A stretch of DNA of 64,000 bases from Felis catus (lineage: Eukaryota). Positions 36,751 through 48,719 of this stretch are shown one piece after another (the stretch's first letter is position 1; every line of letters starts with the position of its first letter). The notes beneath the pieces are model-generated. The model worked only from the letters and a program-made list of their open reading frames with translations. It was not told where the DNA came from and ran no database searches. Location of the stretch: NCBI RefSeq assembly GCF_018350175.1, contig NC_058368.1:189102001-189166000 (forward strand), given 5' to 3'. The translations under genes were made by a program, and so were the position numbers.

Positions 36751-39700
36751 TTTATGCAGTCGGTATATCTATCCTTTTGCTGTTGCTTTAAAACTGGTCA
36801 ATTTTCTCTTTTTGGACTCTTGCATTGGGGGAGGTTGAGTGAAACAGCTAAGCAACTGAGTGGAGCAGACTTGAATGAGGAAAACTTTAGGGCTGCTACT
36901 ACTCTTCTAGAGGTCTTTACCTTTACTCGAGGGGGCAATCTTCATATTGCAGTCTAGGTGAGTGACATTGTTCTGAAGGTGGGCAGTGCCCAACCTACAC
37001 TACTGGACTTCCTGGCACTTGGAGGCCATCTAGTTAACTATCTAACCAACTATCGGAGCAACAAAAATCATTTGGGTTGGTTCTGAGAAAAAAAGTTTCA
37101 AGTTTCTACAATACAACATCAGAGAAACATGCACCGTACAAAGTCATGGTATTCCTTAAAATGTGCAGCGCTGAATCTATTAGACCCAAGATTCCAGTTT
37201 GCTTAGTCAGTATCACTAACCTCCTCTGCCTTTTCGCTCTGGCAGAAGATTGTCTTTCTTCCCTGATCACTGGGACATAATAGAGATTCATTTTCCTTCT
37301 GAAAGGAAGCTCTACCAAGAGAAAAAGGAAAGAGAATATATAAAATCATTGTATTTCTCTAAAAGCAATCCTCTTTAGACGTTACATAGAATGTGCAAGG
37401 CACTGCCTAGCATTTGTTTTCATCGGTGTTCTTTGTCATTCCACCCCAGATTGGGTTCATTCTTCTCCAGAAATCTCACCAAATCGAGTTTGATTTTTCC
37501 TATGAAATGACATTTGGCTGCACAAACATGCTCGGCTGTAATTGAAGGACACCAGCAACTCAGTGATATAATCCCAGCCGGGATGAGAAACTTCAGAAGC
37601 TTTCAAACTCACTGCGCTTTTCCCTCTCAAAGTTCAAAAGGTCTAATTCTTTCCCACTTAGGTCTTGTCCATTCCCAGATCTGAGCTGGGAAAGGAGAAT
37701 GCAAGAGTTTATTTTAAATTATATTTGGCTTTAAAAACACTGTGTTTTTCTTTCTGAGAAGGAACAAAAGACAAGTGTAGTTATCTAAAGAGATAGAGAA
37801 AAGACAGTGCTCTCGAAGTCATGCCATGACCTGTACTTGTTTTGTCATACTACTGCTAACTCTACCTAGTGTACTGTTAGACAAGACCCATATATCCAGA
37901 GAGCCTGCTTGACCTAGAGGGAACTTCTATTGTAAAACAGCAAATATTTATGTGGATCTAATTGATGTTCAAATGAACTTCAAAGAGCTTCAGAGATAAG
38001 ATGTTTCAAGTTGTACAACTATTCTGTCAAGGGCGGATATGGTTGATATTTATTCTAGAAGATTCATTAATTTCATTGACAAAACACATTTTAAAAATTA
38101 AACATGAAGTTAGAATTTGTCTTTTGGCTAAAGGTGAATAAGTAAAAATGTGTTCTCATTTTTAATAGTGAGCTTAGACTTTGGAGATTTTTATATTTCC
38201 CATCAAGAAAACATGTTCTGTTCACACTTTTGAGAAGCAAGATTTCTTATCAAGGAAGGCAAGACTTTAATAAAAACACTTAAAAATGGAAAGGCCAAAA
38301 AATGCACAATTAATTAAATTGATTATTCTTTTGTGCTATTATGAGCAGATGCTAGTTGTAACAATATAACAACGATGTGACAGTTACTGCCTATGATATG
38401 AGATTACCTAGACCATGTTTTGTGTTTTTCTTTAAAGAGGCAATAGTATGAATATGACAAGGGGCTATTATTCATTATTATTAATTTAATCGAGGAAAGA
38501 TTCATGGAGAATGAAAGCAGACTTTTAGACTGAGTCCATTCACATCTATCCACTTTAAAAACAAATATGAAAGGAATTAAATTTAGCATTTTATTTTGGT
38601 TGCAGTCAATTGCACCATCACATCATGCAATAAGCATTAAGAGCTTTCTTTTGTGCAATGCCTTCTAGAACAAGACCAGCAAAGAAATGGCCATTGAAGA
38701 TGAGATCTAATGCTTCATCCTTCTATATTATTTTCTTTCAACATTGGCATTGAAACATCATGTAGAGACATTTCTCCCCATATTTTAATAAGGGCATATT
38801 TTTAATTGTCTAAAAAGGTTCAGAGAAGTACCTGAAAATAGAATATCCTTAAGATGCTAAGATCTATTTCATATCAAATGACAGTTGTTTATTTATGACA
38901 TCAATTTATTTTTCACTTTGCAATTACGTAAAAATAGCAATAACATAGCAAGTGAGATGATGTGATTGATCTGCATGCTGAATTATTCATTCGATTTCGG
39001 TTGTTGACTTCACATCAGACATCTCCTTATGTACGGTGCATAAATCATGATGAATCTTTTGCCACAACCACTCAAAGAACCTATCTGATGCTTTTTGTAT
39101 CCATTTATGCATATGGCCTGGAATTCCTGGTATCTCCTTAACTAGTCCAAAGTGATACCATATATCAAATGCTGAAGGGTGGGGCTCCAGCAAATGGCCT
39201 CCAGGAAGTGGTATTCTCTTCTGAGGAAGGTCACTTAGCTGATTGACCACACTAGTCTGTATTTTCCAGATTTCCTATGTAATCATACTCACGGCACCAA
39301 AATCTCAGCAAGCTACCAAAGGCCTTGGCATAAAGTAGTTATTTTGAACAGTGGGAATAAATTTTAACCTGATTATAGTTGTTAGAACACTTTGCACCAT
39401 GAACCAGACTGAAGGCCCTGCCTTCACACTGTATGAACTTAAATGACACTTGATTATGAAAAACTTCTCTCATTTACTAGAATAAGGTAGGGCCCTTACT
39501 CTGTGACCTCAAAACACCTGTATTTCCCTTTATGGCATGCATTCATGATACTTGAGTATTATTATTGACTTAATACTTATACTTATTACTTAATACTTAT
39601 TTTCCCAAGAACTAAACATCACTATACCTTCTAGTCTCCTAGCCTAAATACTGGCATGTAAAAGACATTTGATAAAAATATCAACTAAATATATAAAAAT

Positions 39701-40022
39701 CATTCTCACTACTCATCTGCATCTCTCTTGGACAGTAGAATTCTCTTCATAGATGAAAAGACATTTGCCAACATTAAGCAAATGTGTTTGGAAAGCATGA
39801 AATACAATGCCATCTTGTCCTCTACCATTTTCTAATCCCCTCAAGCCCTCCTAGTTTGGTAAAAATACTCACTTACCTTAGAAGACTCCACCTAGAAAAG
39901 AAGCCACTATTTCCTAAGGAATCCTTCCATTAGAATACTCTGCCACTGGCCTTTTTAGGCAGCTGAATTTGCAATATACTTAGCGGATCTATTAGCCTAA
40001 GATTTTCTTTTAAAAGGCATAT

Positions 40023-40118
40023 ATTTTTTTTAATATATGAAATTTATTGTCAAATTGGTTTCCATACAACAACCAGTGCTCATCCCAACAGGTGCCCTCC
40101 TCAATACCCATCACCCAC
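40023..40118 (-). mobile_element. 96-bp L1_Fc-type 3' tip
   Basis: GAAATTTATTGTCAAATTGGTTTCCATACAAC..CCAGTGCTCATCCCAACAGGTGCCCTCC; TSD TAAAAGGCATAT (40011-40022 / 40119-40130). Confidence 0.95.
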
Positions 40119-40471
40119 TAAAAGGCATATTTTCATGGTCTAACCACCCCCTGCCATTCTATGCCCAAATGCTAAGAGGGGTTGTTTTGGGGTGGTAAGA
40201 TGCTAAGTGATTTAAAAAAATTTTCCCCATGAATTTAAGAACAGGGATTTCTTACTTTTGGAAACAGAGGGGAAAAAGTTAACTATTAAAAGACATATTT
40301 CCAGACAAAGGAACTACAATATTAGCCAAGTCAGAAATACATAGGCTCTGAACTCGGTAAAAAAAGAAAAAAGAAAAAAAAAAGATATATCTATTCAGTA
40401 AGGTAAACCTCAGTCTATGAGTTTCTCCTGTGAGCCCATAGAAAGAGTGGAAGTTTCAAAGTTACTGTTTT

Positions 40472-40648
40472 TATTTATTTATTTGTTTGTTTGTGTGTTT
40501 ATAGCAAGAGTGGGGAGATAGAGGGAGAGAGAGAATCTTAAACAGGCTCCACACTCAGTGCTGAGCCAGACCCCACTGCCCTGGGAATCATGACCTGAGA
40601 CGAAATCAAGAGTTAGACATTCAACTGACTGAGCCATCCAGGTGCCCC
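40472..40648 (-). mobile_element. SINEC (shortened)
   Basis: 16-bp TSD TCAAAGTTACTGTTTT (40456-40471 / 40649-40664). Confidence 0.95.
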
Positions 40649-42044
40649 TCAAAGTTACTGTTTTAGATGTTGATAAATTTCTGTCAGTTGTTTGGATGGC
40701 AAATTTTAATATTCTTGTTGGCCTATCTGCCTTCCTTCTAACACAAAGGCCCTGGCATGCCGGTAGCCACTCAATAAGTATTTGTTGAAATACTACATGA
40801 CTGAATAAATTTCTTCATCAGAAAACCTCAGTTCTGAGAGGTTAAATTAATCAAAGAGTCATTATAACTCAAAGTACACTGTTGAATATTTCCCCAGACT
40901 TTGCCTTTGTACCCAAGTGTGCCCATGCCCTGCTCACTGAAACTTGATTTTCAACAGTGTATTGGGCAGATATATGGCATCAGAGAACTTCTGTCAGCCA
41001 ACTTATTCCCTCAGACTGTCTCACCTTTACTTCTGGCCAAGCACTGGGCTCCAGATACCAGGAAAAGGGAAGGGGAACCTTGCCAAGTGCTAAGGGAAGT
41101 CTGCTTTGCCTGGCTGCCAATGCCTGGGTTTTGGCATGCTAAGGCATCTGTTGTGGTTGTGGATTTGGGTTGAGTGATTCCTGCTGAAAACACTGTGAAT
41201 AATTCTAACAATGTCACTGCATGCTGTTGCCCTGGTCTTTCTTCTCTCTGGGTCATGTTTCCAGCCACAGATGATTAGTAATAAACACTAATCAGTAAAC
41301 TGGTCAGAAAGACAATGCCAAAGCCAAGGTCTGCCAAAAGTACACTAATAGGATAGCGAGTTCTGATTTTGTTTTTAAGTTGGTATAGGAGAAGGGAGTG
41401 GGGATTAAAAAAGAAAAAGCAGCAGGAAACTGATCCTCTGGCAGGTTAAGCATCATCAATCTTTCTCGTTTTCTAGAGTTAAAAAATAAAGTCTTAGAAA
41501 GTTTGCGCCACATTATTTTTTCCACATGTGGGTATGTGATAGAGTTTGGATCTCCCAGAAGGCTTAAATTATGGTCTTGCTTCCTTATGCTTGGTGGCTT
41601 TCCATGTCAGTTTGTTGATAATATATGTTAAAAACAAAACAAAACATCGCTAGTCTAAAAATACACCTGCACTTAATGAAGAACTTTCTGAGATACATCC
41701 CCCATCTTCCCCAGGCATGAGGAACAGAAACTGTCTTTTTGGGTTAACAGAGCCAGTGGGAAGGATTGCAATGTTTATGCTTTGCCCCATCCAAATGTTA
41801 TCTTATAAGAGGATCATGAAAATGAGAAACTTTAGCTCTTTGCCTTTTTAATCCTATAGCATTCAAATAATACTATTTCTTACTTCCACGGGCTCTCTTA
41901 CCCCACAATCCTCGTCCACAAAACCCACTACATATGAATTTGATCTGTGTTTTGGCCATATTTCATCTTAAGAAACATACAGCCCTCTCACATCCAAATT
42001 TATATTTCTTCTTCTTGCAAAAAAAATCATCTCATCATCATCAT

Positions 42045-42500
42045 CAAACACTGAGTTCTTACTATATGTCAAGCACTAGATTAGATAATTTAGAAATGTC
42101 ACTTAATTAAAAAAAATTTTTTTAAGTTTATTCGTTTAGAGAGAGACAGAGACAGCAAGAGTGGGGGGAGGGCGGCTACAGAGGGAGAGAGAGAATCCCA
42201 AGCAGGCTCTGCCAGCACAGAGCCCGATGTGAGGCCCAAACCCACAAAGCCATAAGATCATGACCTGAGCTGAAACCAAGAGTTGGACACTTAATCAACT
42301 GAGTGAGGTACCCAGGTGCTCCAATATCATTTCATGTTTTAAAAAACATCTGTGAAGTAGGTACTATCATTACATCCATTTTATAGATGAGGAAATTAGG
42401 GCTTGGAAAAGTTAAATAAGTTTTTCATTGTCACCCAGCTTATGAAACCAGAGCTGAAATGCCAATTCAGGTATATGGCTCAAAGCTCTTGCTCTTAAAC
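42045..42500 (-). mobile_element. MIR SINE interrupted by a SINEC
   Basis: CACTGAGTTCTTACTATATGTCAAGCACT left; CCATTTTATAGATGAGGAAATTAGGGCT right. Confidence 0.8.
42117..42322 (-). mobile_element. SINEC
   Basis: GAGAATCCCAAGCAGGCTC...AGATCATGACCTGAGCTGAAACCAAGAG. Confidence 0.94.
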
Positions 42501-42754
42501 CCTGAAATAGAATTAGAAGCTTGAGATCACAGCATCTCAAAGGAAGCATCCTAAGTTCTTGAAATTCTTCACTTAAATATATATTATCTCCTGTGGGAAA
42601 CTTTTTGAAAACCAGTGTTCTAGTCTCAATTGAATTAGAATTTCAGGCAATGGGACATTGGTATTAGTATCTTATGAAAAAAATTCAGATGATTCTAATT
42701 GAAGCCGGGGTTTTGTTCCTAAATTTAACCAAAAACAGTGTCATCTGGACTGCT

Positions 42755-42945
42755 TAATATATATATTAATAATATATATATATATATAATATATATATTA
42801 TAGCTTTATTGAATATTATATATATATTATCCAAATTAGCATTTGGATCTGTAATTATATATATATTACATATAATATAATATATATATTATAGCTTTAT
42901 TGAATATTATATATATATAACATATATATAATAGCTTTATTGAAA
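42755..42945. repeat. Complex AT-rich tract with a 42-bp duplication, triplicated L1 terminus and 19-bp insert
   Basis: ATAGCTTTATTGAA at 42800, 42891 and 42931; 42785-42826 is identical to 42876-42917. Confidence 0.9.
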
Positions 42946-43320
42946 TGTAATTCACATATCATACAATTCATCCATTTAAAGAATATAATTTGATGGTTTC
43001 TAGTGTATTCACAGAGTTGTACAACTATCACCACAATCAATTTAAAACATTTTTATAACCCCAAAAAGAAATCCCATATCCACTAGCAGTCCCTCTCCAT
43101 TCTCCTTCCATTCCCTCACCCCCCACCCCCCAGGCCTGGGCAACCACTAATCTACTCTGTATGGATTTGCCTACCGGGGGCATTTAATATAAAAGGAATC
43201 ATACCATATGTGGCCTTTGTGACTGATTTCCTTCTTTTAGCATAATGTTTCCAGGGTTCATCAATTTTGTAGCATGTACTTTTTGTTGTGGCTGAATAAT
43301 ATTCCACTGTATTGAATTAC
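42931..43320 (-). mobile_element. L1MB-like 3' end
   Basis: AGCTTTATTGAAATGTAATTCACATA...TTCACAGAGTTGTACAAC...GGCAACCACTAATCTACT. Confidence 0.9.
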
Positions 43321-43469
43321 TTATCTTGTGTTGTGTTTTGAAGATATATATTCCTTGGACCTATTTTTTTACAATCTTTCAGGTGGGTCTAGGTGTTCCA
43401 ATGATCACTTGAATTTGGGGATTAGTGACTTCATATTCATCCACCTACCATATTTTTGCATCCCCCCAA

Positions 43470-43860
43470 ATATTGCACTTGAATATCTCCTCTGAAGAAT
43501 TTGCTATTTGTTCCTATTTCACCCATGGCAAGCACTGTCAGAAAGTTCTCCCTTAGCTTAGGTCTAAAATTTTGTGTCTTTAGAAAAGACATATTTTTCT
43601 TGCTAGTCCTGGTCTCCCTTACAGAACCATACACATATTACAATTCATCTCTCATCAGATGATTCCTTTGGAGATAGCCTTTTGATGGCTCTGAGGATGA
43701 TCCCAAGACTTCTTTCCCCCAAACTAAGCATTCCTGATTATTTTGACTGATCCTAAGATGTTGTGGTTTTGAGCTCTTTCGTCTTCCTGGTTGCATTCAA
43801 GTTGAGCTACAGGATTCTTGAAACACAGTGCCATGAACTAATCATGACATTCTGAATATA
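43470..43860 (-). mobile_element. L3/CR1 LINE fragment
   Basis: CTTGAATATCTCC...CTGTCAGAAAGTTCTCCCTTA...AAACTAAGCATTCC...TTCTTGAAACACAGTGCCATGAACT. Confidence 0.6.
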
Positions 43861-44766
43861 ACCCAGGTTTACTTATGGGCTGAATGAAACCTAACATATA
43901 TGGCCCCAAAATAAGGGGCTTATATGTGACCAAGTCGAATTGCAGTATCACATGTCAAGCAATATAAGCCAGCAACAAAATCCATTAAAACATTAAAAAA
44001 TTCAAATCTTTAATGACTGTCAAAGGACAGGAAGAGAAGTACATTTGTCTACAAAACATACTGAAAATATTCTTTCCTCTTCTATGTTATTCTATGTCTT
44101 GCACACTTATGACCCTTACTCTCCCCAATACTCTCTCTCACTCTCAACTCTCAAGCAAGTACTTTTCTTGATACCCAGCTATGGGTGCAGGACTGTAGTG
44201 GGGGTTCACTTCCACCCATCCTTCCTCTCACTCTTTTCTGTTCTCCCTGATTGAATCCTGTCCCTTTCCAAACCAGACTTCCATTCCTAGCTTTTCCATT
44301 TTTCCTTTCTCTGTCTTCTTCATGCCTTAAGCATCAAAAGAGGCTCAGCCAATGAACTTGGAGTTCTCCTTAGAGAGCTAGGCGAGAAAAACTCTTAGGG
44401 TACAAGGACAGAATGCCCCATAGTGAGTGAGGAAAGAGGAGTGCTATAAACAAACATGGTTTTTATACTGTCTCACAAAAGTAGAAAGTGGTCTAATGTA
44501 GGCTCAGTAACCAGGATATAACCATCTCCTCAGGATCTTCTAGGTCCTAGTTCCCCAGAATCTTCACACAGATGCTCTAAGAGTTTTTCCCTTTCCATAC
44601 TCCTTACTGTCATTAAAATTGTGTAATGGACACACACAAAAAATTGTGTAATTCACAACTGAGACGGTTCCACTTCAACATCACTTGAAATTCCTTTTCC
44701 TTTGAGGTACAAGGTCCATCCCTAATGGTGTAAGCTCCTAATAGTAGAATTGTATGCCTTCATGAT

Positions 44767-44779
44767 GGAGGGAGGGAGG

Positions 44780-44821
<42 letters not shown>
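44767..44821. repeat. (GGAG)n(GA)n purine microsatellite
   Basis: Directly visible. Confidence 0.95.
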
Positions 44822-44824
<3 letters not shown>

Positions 44825-44862
44825 TAATTTATAAAAAAAAAAGCCCCCTGAACATCATGTCT

Positions 44863-44863
<1 letters not shown>

Positions 44864-44902
<39 letters not shown>

Positions 44903-44904
44903 AT
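44864..44904. repeat. (TAAA)10 tetranucleotide repeat
   Basis: Directly visible. Confidence 0.97.
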
Positions 44905-45355
44905 CCCCAGCAAGGATGCAATGCAGAAGCATTTAAATTTTGATTGCTACACTAAAGAAAAAAGAAGGCAACTCACTGTCTGATACAAATTCTGAGCCCA
45001 GAGGAGAGAGCTGTGAATAATTTATTTTTAGCTAATTAATCAAATAATCTGGCAAGGGGTTGCCACTTGAAAATTCAGAGAGTTTCTTAAAGTGGGTATT
45101 TGTGGTATTTTATAAAGACTTTATGTTATGTATTATATTATAATATTTATAATATGTATTTTATGTAATTTAGAAATAATTTTATAATATTAATTATATT
45201 ATTTATTGGACCTCCTGAACATTGTCTATGTGTGAGATATCTTTAATTCAATTTTAAGCAGTTGAGTGTTAGCATTTGGATCTGTAAATCTTTAATAAAG
45301 TATGCCAGGATTGGAGCAACTCCTCAGATAATTTTTGATCAATAAGCACATAATT

Positions 45356-45578
45356 GGGGCGCCTGGGTGGCGCAGTCGGTTAAGCGTCCGACTTCAGCCA
45401 GGTCATGATCTTGCAGTCTGTGAGTTCGAGCCCCGCGTCAGGCTCTGAGCTGATGGTTCAGAGCCTGGAGCCTGTTTCCGATTCTGTGTCTCCCTCTCTC
45501 TCTGCCCCTCCCCCGTTCATGCTCTGTCTCTCTCTGTCCCAAAAATAAATAAACGTTGAAAAAAAAAATTAAAAAAAA
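45356..45578 (+). mobile_element. Young SINEC_Fc
   Basis: A box TGGCGCAGTCGG (45368), B box GAGTTCGAGCC (45422); perfect 15-bp TSD AATAAGCACATAATT (45341-45355 / 45579-45593). Confidence 0.98.
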
Positions 45579-45904
45579 AATAAGCACATAATTAATGTGA
45601 CTTTTCTTAATAGGAAGGCAGAAATGAGTCAGACCAGCTCCAAATGGCTGCTTGAATTTGGGGGCAAGCAGAATTCTATTTATGAATTAGCTAAGGAAAA
45701 ATACATTCAAGCATACACAATATTTACTCAGGCTTCATGCTGTAGGAGGATTACAAAAGAAAGGTTTTCAGCAGCAAAATAGAGATTTAGAACTAGGTTA
45801 AGCACCAGGAACTCTTTTGGGAAGCCCCTGATATTAAACCCTCTATCTGCATTATGTCATGAGTCCTTATAACAACCTTATTAGGAAGGTAAATCAATAT
45901 ATTT

Positions 45905-46110
45905 CTCAATCCTGATTCTGCCCCATACTAATTGTGTGGATATAAACATATTATTTAACTTTTTTGTGCCTCTGTTCCTCATGTGTGAAATGAACATAAT
46001 AATAGCACCTACTTCAAAGGTTGTTGTCCAGACTTAATGAATCAACTTATGGATATCATTGGGGATAGCTAATGTTAATTAACACAGTAAGTGCTCAATT
46101 AGTATTATTC
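45905..46110 (+). mobile_element. MIR SINE
   Basis: TTATTTAACTTTTTTGTGCCTCTGTTCCTCATGTGTGAAATG...CAGTAAGTGCTCAAT. Confidence 0.85.
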
Positions 46111-46384
46111 TAGGATGGATGAGTAGAGGAAGTAATTAGGAAAGTAGTTAAGGAAGACAGTATAGAAATAACATGACCAAAAGCAAGAAAAAGAAGCATT
46201 GTGAATGAGAAGGAGAGAGAGAGAAACAGAGAGAGAGAGAGATCCCAAAAGGTCCCCGCCAGGGAATGATGAGACATGGGATCAGATAGGTAAGATAAGG
46301 AGAGAACAAAAAATGCCTAAAAAATTTTGCAGAGCAGTAAAAGGTGAGTTAATGTTCTTGGGTTTTTAAATCAGAGTGGGAATA

Positions 46385-47001
46385 TAGGACTTCAAACAAG
46401 AGAATGGTGTCAATGCCTTCCAGCTGAAGATCACCAGGAACACATGTGTGGTTGAATGAGTTGGGTTTATCACTCTTTGCCATGGGACAGAATACACACC
46501 ATCAGGAACCATAAGGTATCTTAGTAAGAAGGTTTAGAAAAAAATTATATAGGACTGGGGCTTGGAATGGAAAGAAAAGGGGTTTACTCTGGATCAGGTC
46601 CTGTCAGAAAGTGGATATAGTTCTATAATTGACTTTTAATAAAGTCTATCTAGAAAGAAAGAAGACTAGAGTGAGGCGGACCCTGTAATAGGTAAAGAAG
46701 TAGCTGTTATTCATACTAGTTGAAGGAAAGAGGTGTTTGGAATTTTTGTTGTTTGCACAATGACCTACAGATGTTTAGTCAAAATTATGAGGTAGCCTTG
46801 TTTTTTGTTTTTTTGCCTCACTTCCTTATGGTCACAGAGTGACCTTGTCTGATATTAATATTTGGTGAGAACGTTTATGTGTCCAACAGAAGGACATCAT
46901 GGCCTAGCTTTGAGTTCTAGGCCAGCCCTTAGCAACACAAAGTCCTAGTTATATATATCAGGCAAGTTCCCAGATGTCAGAGGCTGATTTTTCGTTCTTA
47001 C
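46385..47001 (-). mobile_element. ERVL-class solo LTR (MER54/MER74/MER76-like)
   Basis: GAAGATCACCAGGAACAC...GTTGGGTTTATCACTC left; GGCCTAGCT...GTTCCCAGATGTCAGAGGCTGATTTTTCGTTCTTA right terminus. Confidence 0.65.
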
Positions 47002-47099
47002 TGGGCATGGGTACAATGCTTCAGGAAGACTCATTGGTGTAAAATATGAACTGAACAGAGGAGATATTCGAAGACAGAAAGACTAGCTGGCCATTGTAG

Positions 47100-47290
47100 T
47101 AATATGCGTGGCACTGTCCATAGCATCTCATCAAACCCCAAAACAATTCCATAAGGTAAGAGCCATGATCATCTCTATTTTATAAATGAAAAACTAAGCC
47201 TTAGAAATGCTAAATGAATAGCCCTATGTCACAGCTAATAAGTGGACCGGGAAGTCAACCCCACACCTGCCTGACTGCATCTAACCATGA
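47100..47290 (-). mobile_element. MIR SINE
   Basis: CTATTTTATAAATGAAAAACTAAG...GTCACAGCTAATAAGTGG. Confidence 0.8.
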
Positions 47291-47324
47291 CATTACAGGG
47301 ACCCTTGAAGCCAGAGGCTCAAGG

Positions 47325-47490
47325 AGGAGAGTTCTCCACCTTGTGTGCACACTAGAGTCACCTGGTGATGTTCAGAAGGATGCCTGGGTTCTGTCCTCAG
47401 AGATCCTGATTTAATTTGTTTGTCTGAGATCTGAGCATCATATTTGTTAAACACATCTCAGGTGATTTTAATGTGCAACAGGTATGAGGT
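47325..47490. mobile_element. MER5-family MITE
   Basis: GTTCTCCACCTTG.GTGCACACTAGAGTCACCTGG...CAGAGATCCTGATTTAATT...CAGGTGATTTTAATGTGCA. Confidence 0.8.
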
Positions 47491-48471
47491 CTAATACAGT
47501 AGGAGAATGGATCTAAACTCCGTCTGGAGTTAACAATGGCGATCTGTAACCTAGTTAACATCCCAGTGTGGAGTTGGAGAAAGTTGAAGTGCTATGTTAC
47601 AATTTAATAGATTCTTTCATGAGAAAGAATACAAAACAAACAGATAAATGTGCAACTTCTTTCCCTCAAGAAGGCATACTACCATTTGATATCCCCAATC
47701 TCCCTGAGCATCATGGCAGCCAAGAATAACTACGAGGACAAACACAGACTTCCTTAATTTCATTGTTAAATGGTAAAACAAATGAGCCGCCTCTAAGAGC
47801 TTGAATTTTGTGAAGGAATGTGCTCATGCAATGGGTCTTTTCTTTTCCTCCTATTATCTGTGTTCAAACAGAGAAGTATTAGATAGTTTACCTAATCCTT
47901 TCTTCCAAGTAACTAGGGATAAAAATGCACTTTGGGATCTGAATTTCATCCTTAAGTGGCTTATGAGAGTAGCAGAACTTCAGAAATCAGTAGGAAAACT
48001 TATGGGAAGCCAAACATAATTAAAACAAAATAAAGTGAAGGTGGCAATAGCTCTGTTGTTAAAGGCTCTCTCCAAAATAGATACTTCTCAATTTGAACAA
48101 TCATGCAGTGTGACAGCCATTAAAGGAGTTTACCACAGAAACTCAGGCAAGTTGCAAGACAATAAAGAGCCGTCAGATATTAGTGGGGCTTGAAAAGTTG
48201 GGCTAGCCTTTAAATAGCAGGTATGTCTCACCCACAAGCAAAGGCAGGAAGTGAACAGAGTGTGGGGATATGATTGGGATTGGGAAGGCCGGCACTGGAC
48301 AGGAAGGAACTGAAAATGATCACATCTCCATTCAGCTGATACATGTATGTCTCTTCCTGGAGAGAAAAAAAAAACTTTCCATAGAAATTGACTATTGCCT
48401 GCCTATAAGCCTAAGCCTTGGCCCTGAAACTTTTGGCCCAGCTAACTGGTGAGGAAATTGCAGAGCATAGG

Positions 48472-48719
48472 ACAGGTTTCTCAATGTGTCAGACACTACT
48501 GTGAATGGGTCATGAGAAACTGTTAGTGATTCATGGGTGGATATTTAAATTTTGGATAGTTTTATGCTTATCAAAACGTGCCTTAGGAAAATGCACACTC
48601 AGTAACACCAACTGACAAATATTGTTGCTTAGAATAAGACTAGAGTAGGTATTTAAATAAAGTTGTTAAGTATATGACCGAAAAATCATGAAGGATGACA
48701 GCAATTTGGGAAATAGTTG
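48472..48719. mobile_element. hAT-Charlie MITE (MER103C-like, tentative)
   Basis: CAGGTTTCTCAA...AAAAATCATGAAGG...TTTGGGAAATAGTTG termini. Confidence 0.5.

Noticed and set aside
37631..37644. DR2 retinoic-acid response element AGTTCA-aa-AGGTCT
   Set aside because: The second half-site is imperfect, and such matches are expected by chance in 64 kb.
42755..42945. Repeat-spacer array resembling CRISPR spacer acquisition
   Set aside because: Spacers are irregular TA runs and the repeat is an L1 end; repair or slippage explains it more simply.
45356..45440. tRNA gene
   Set aside because: The A and B boxes belong to the tRNA-derived SINEC head, followed by the CT tract, A-tail and TSD.
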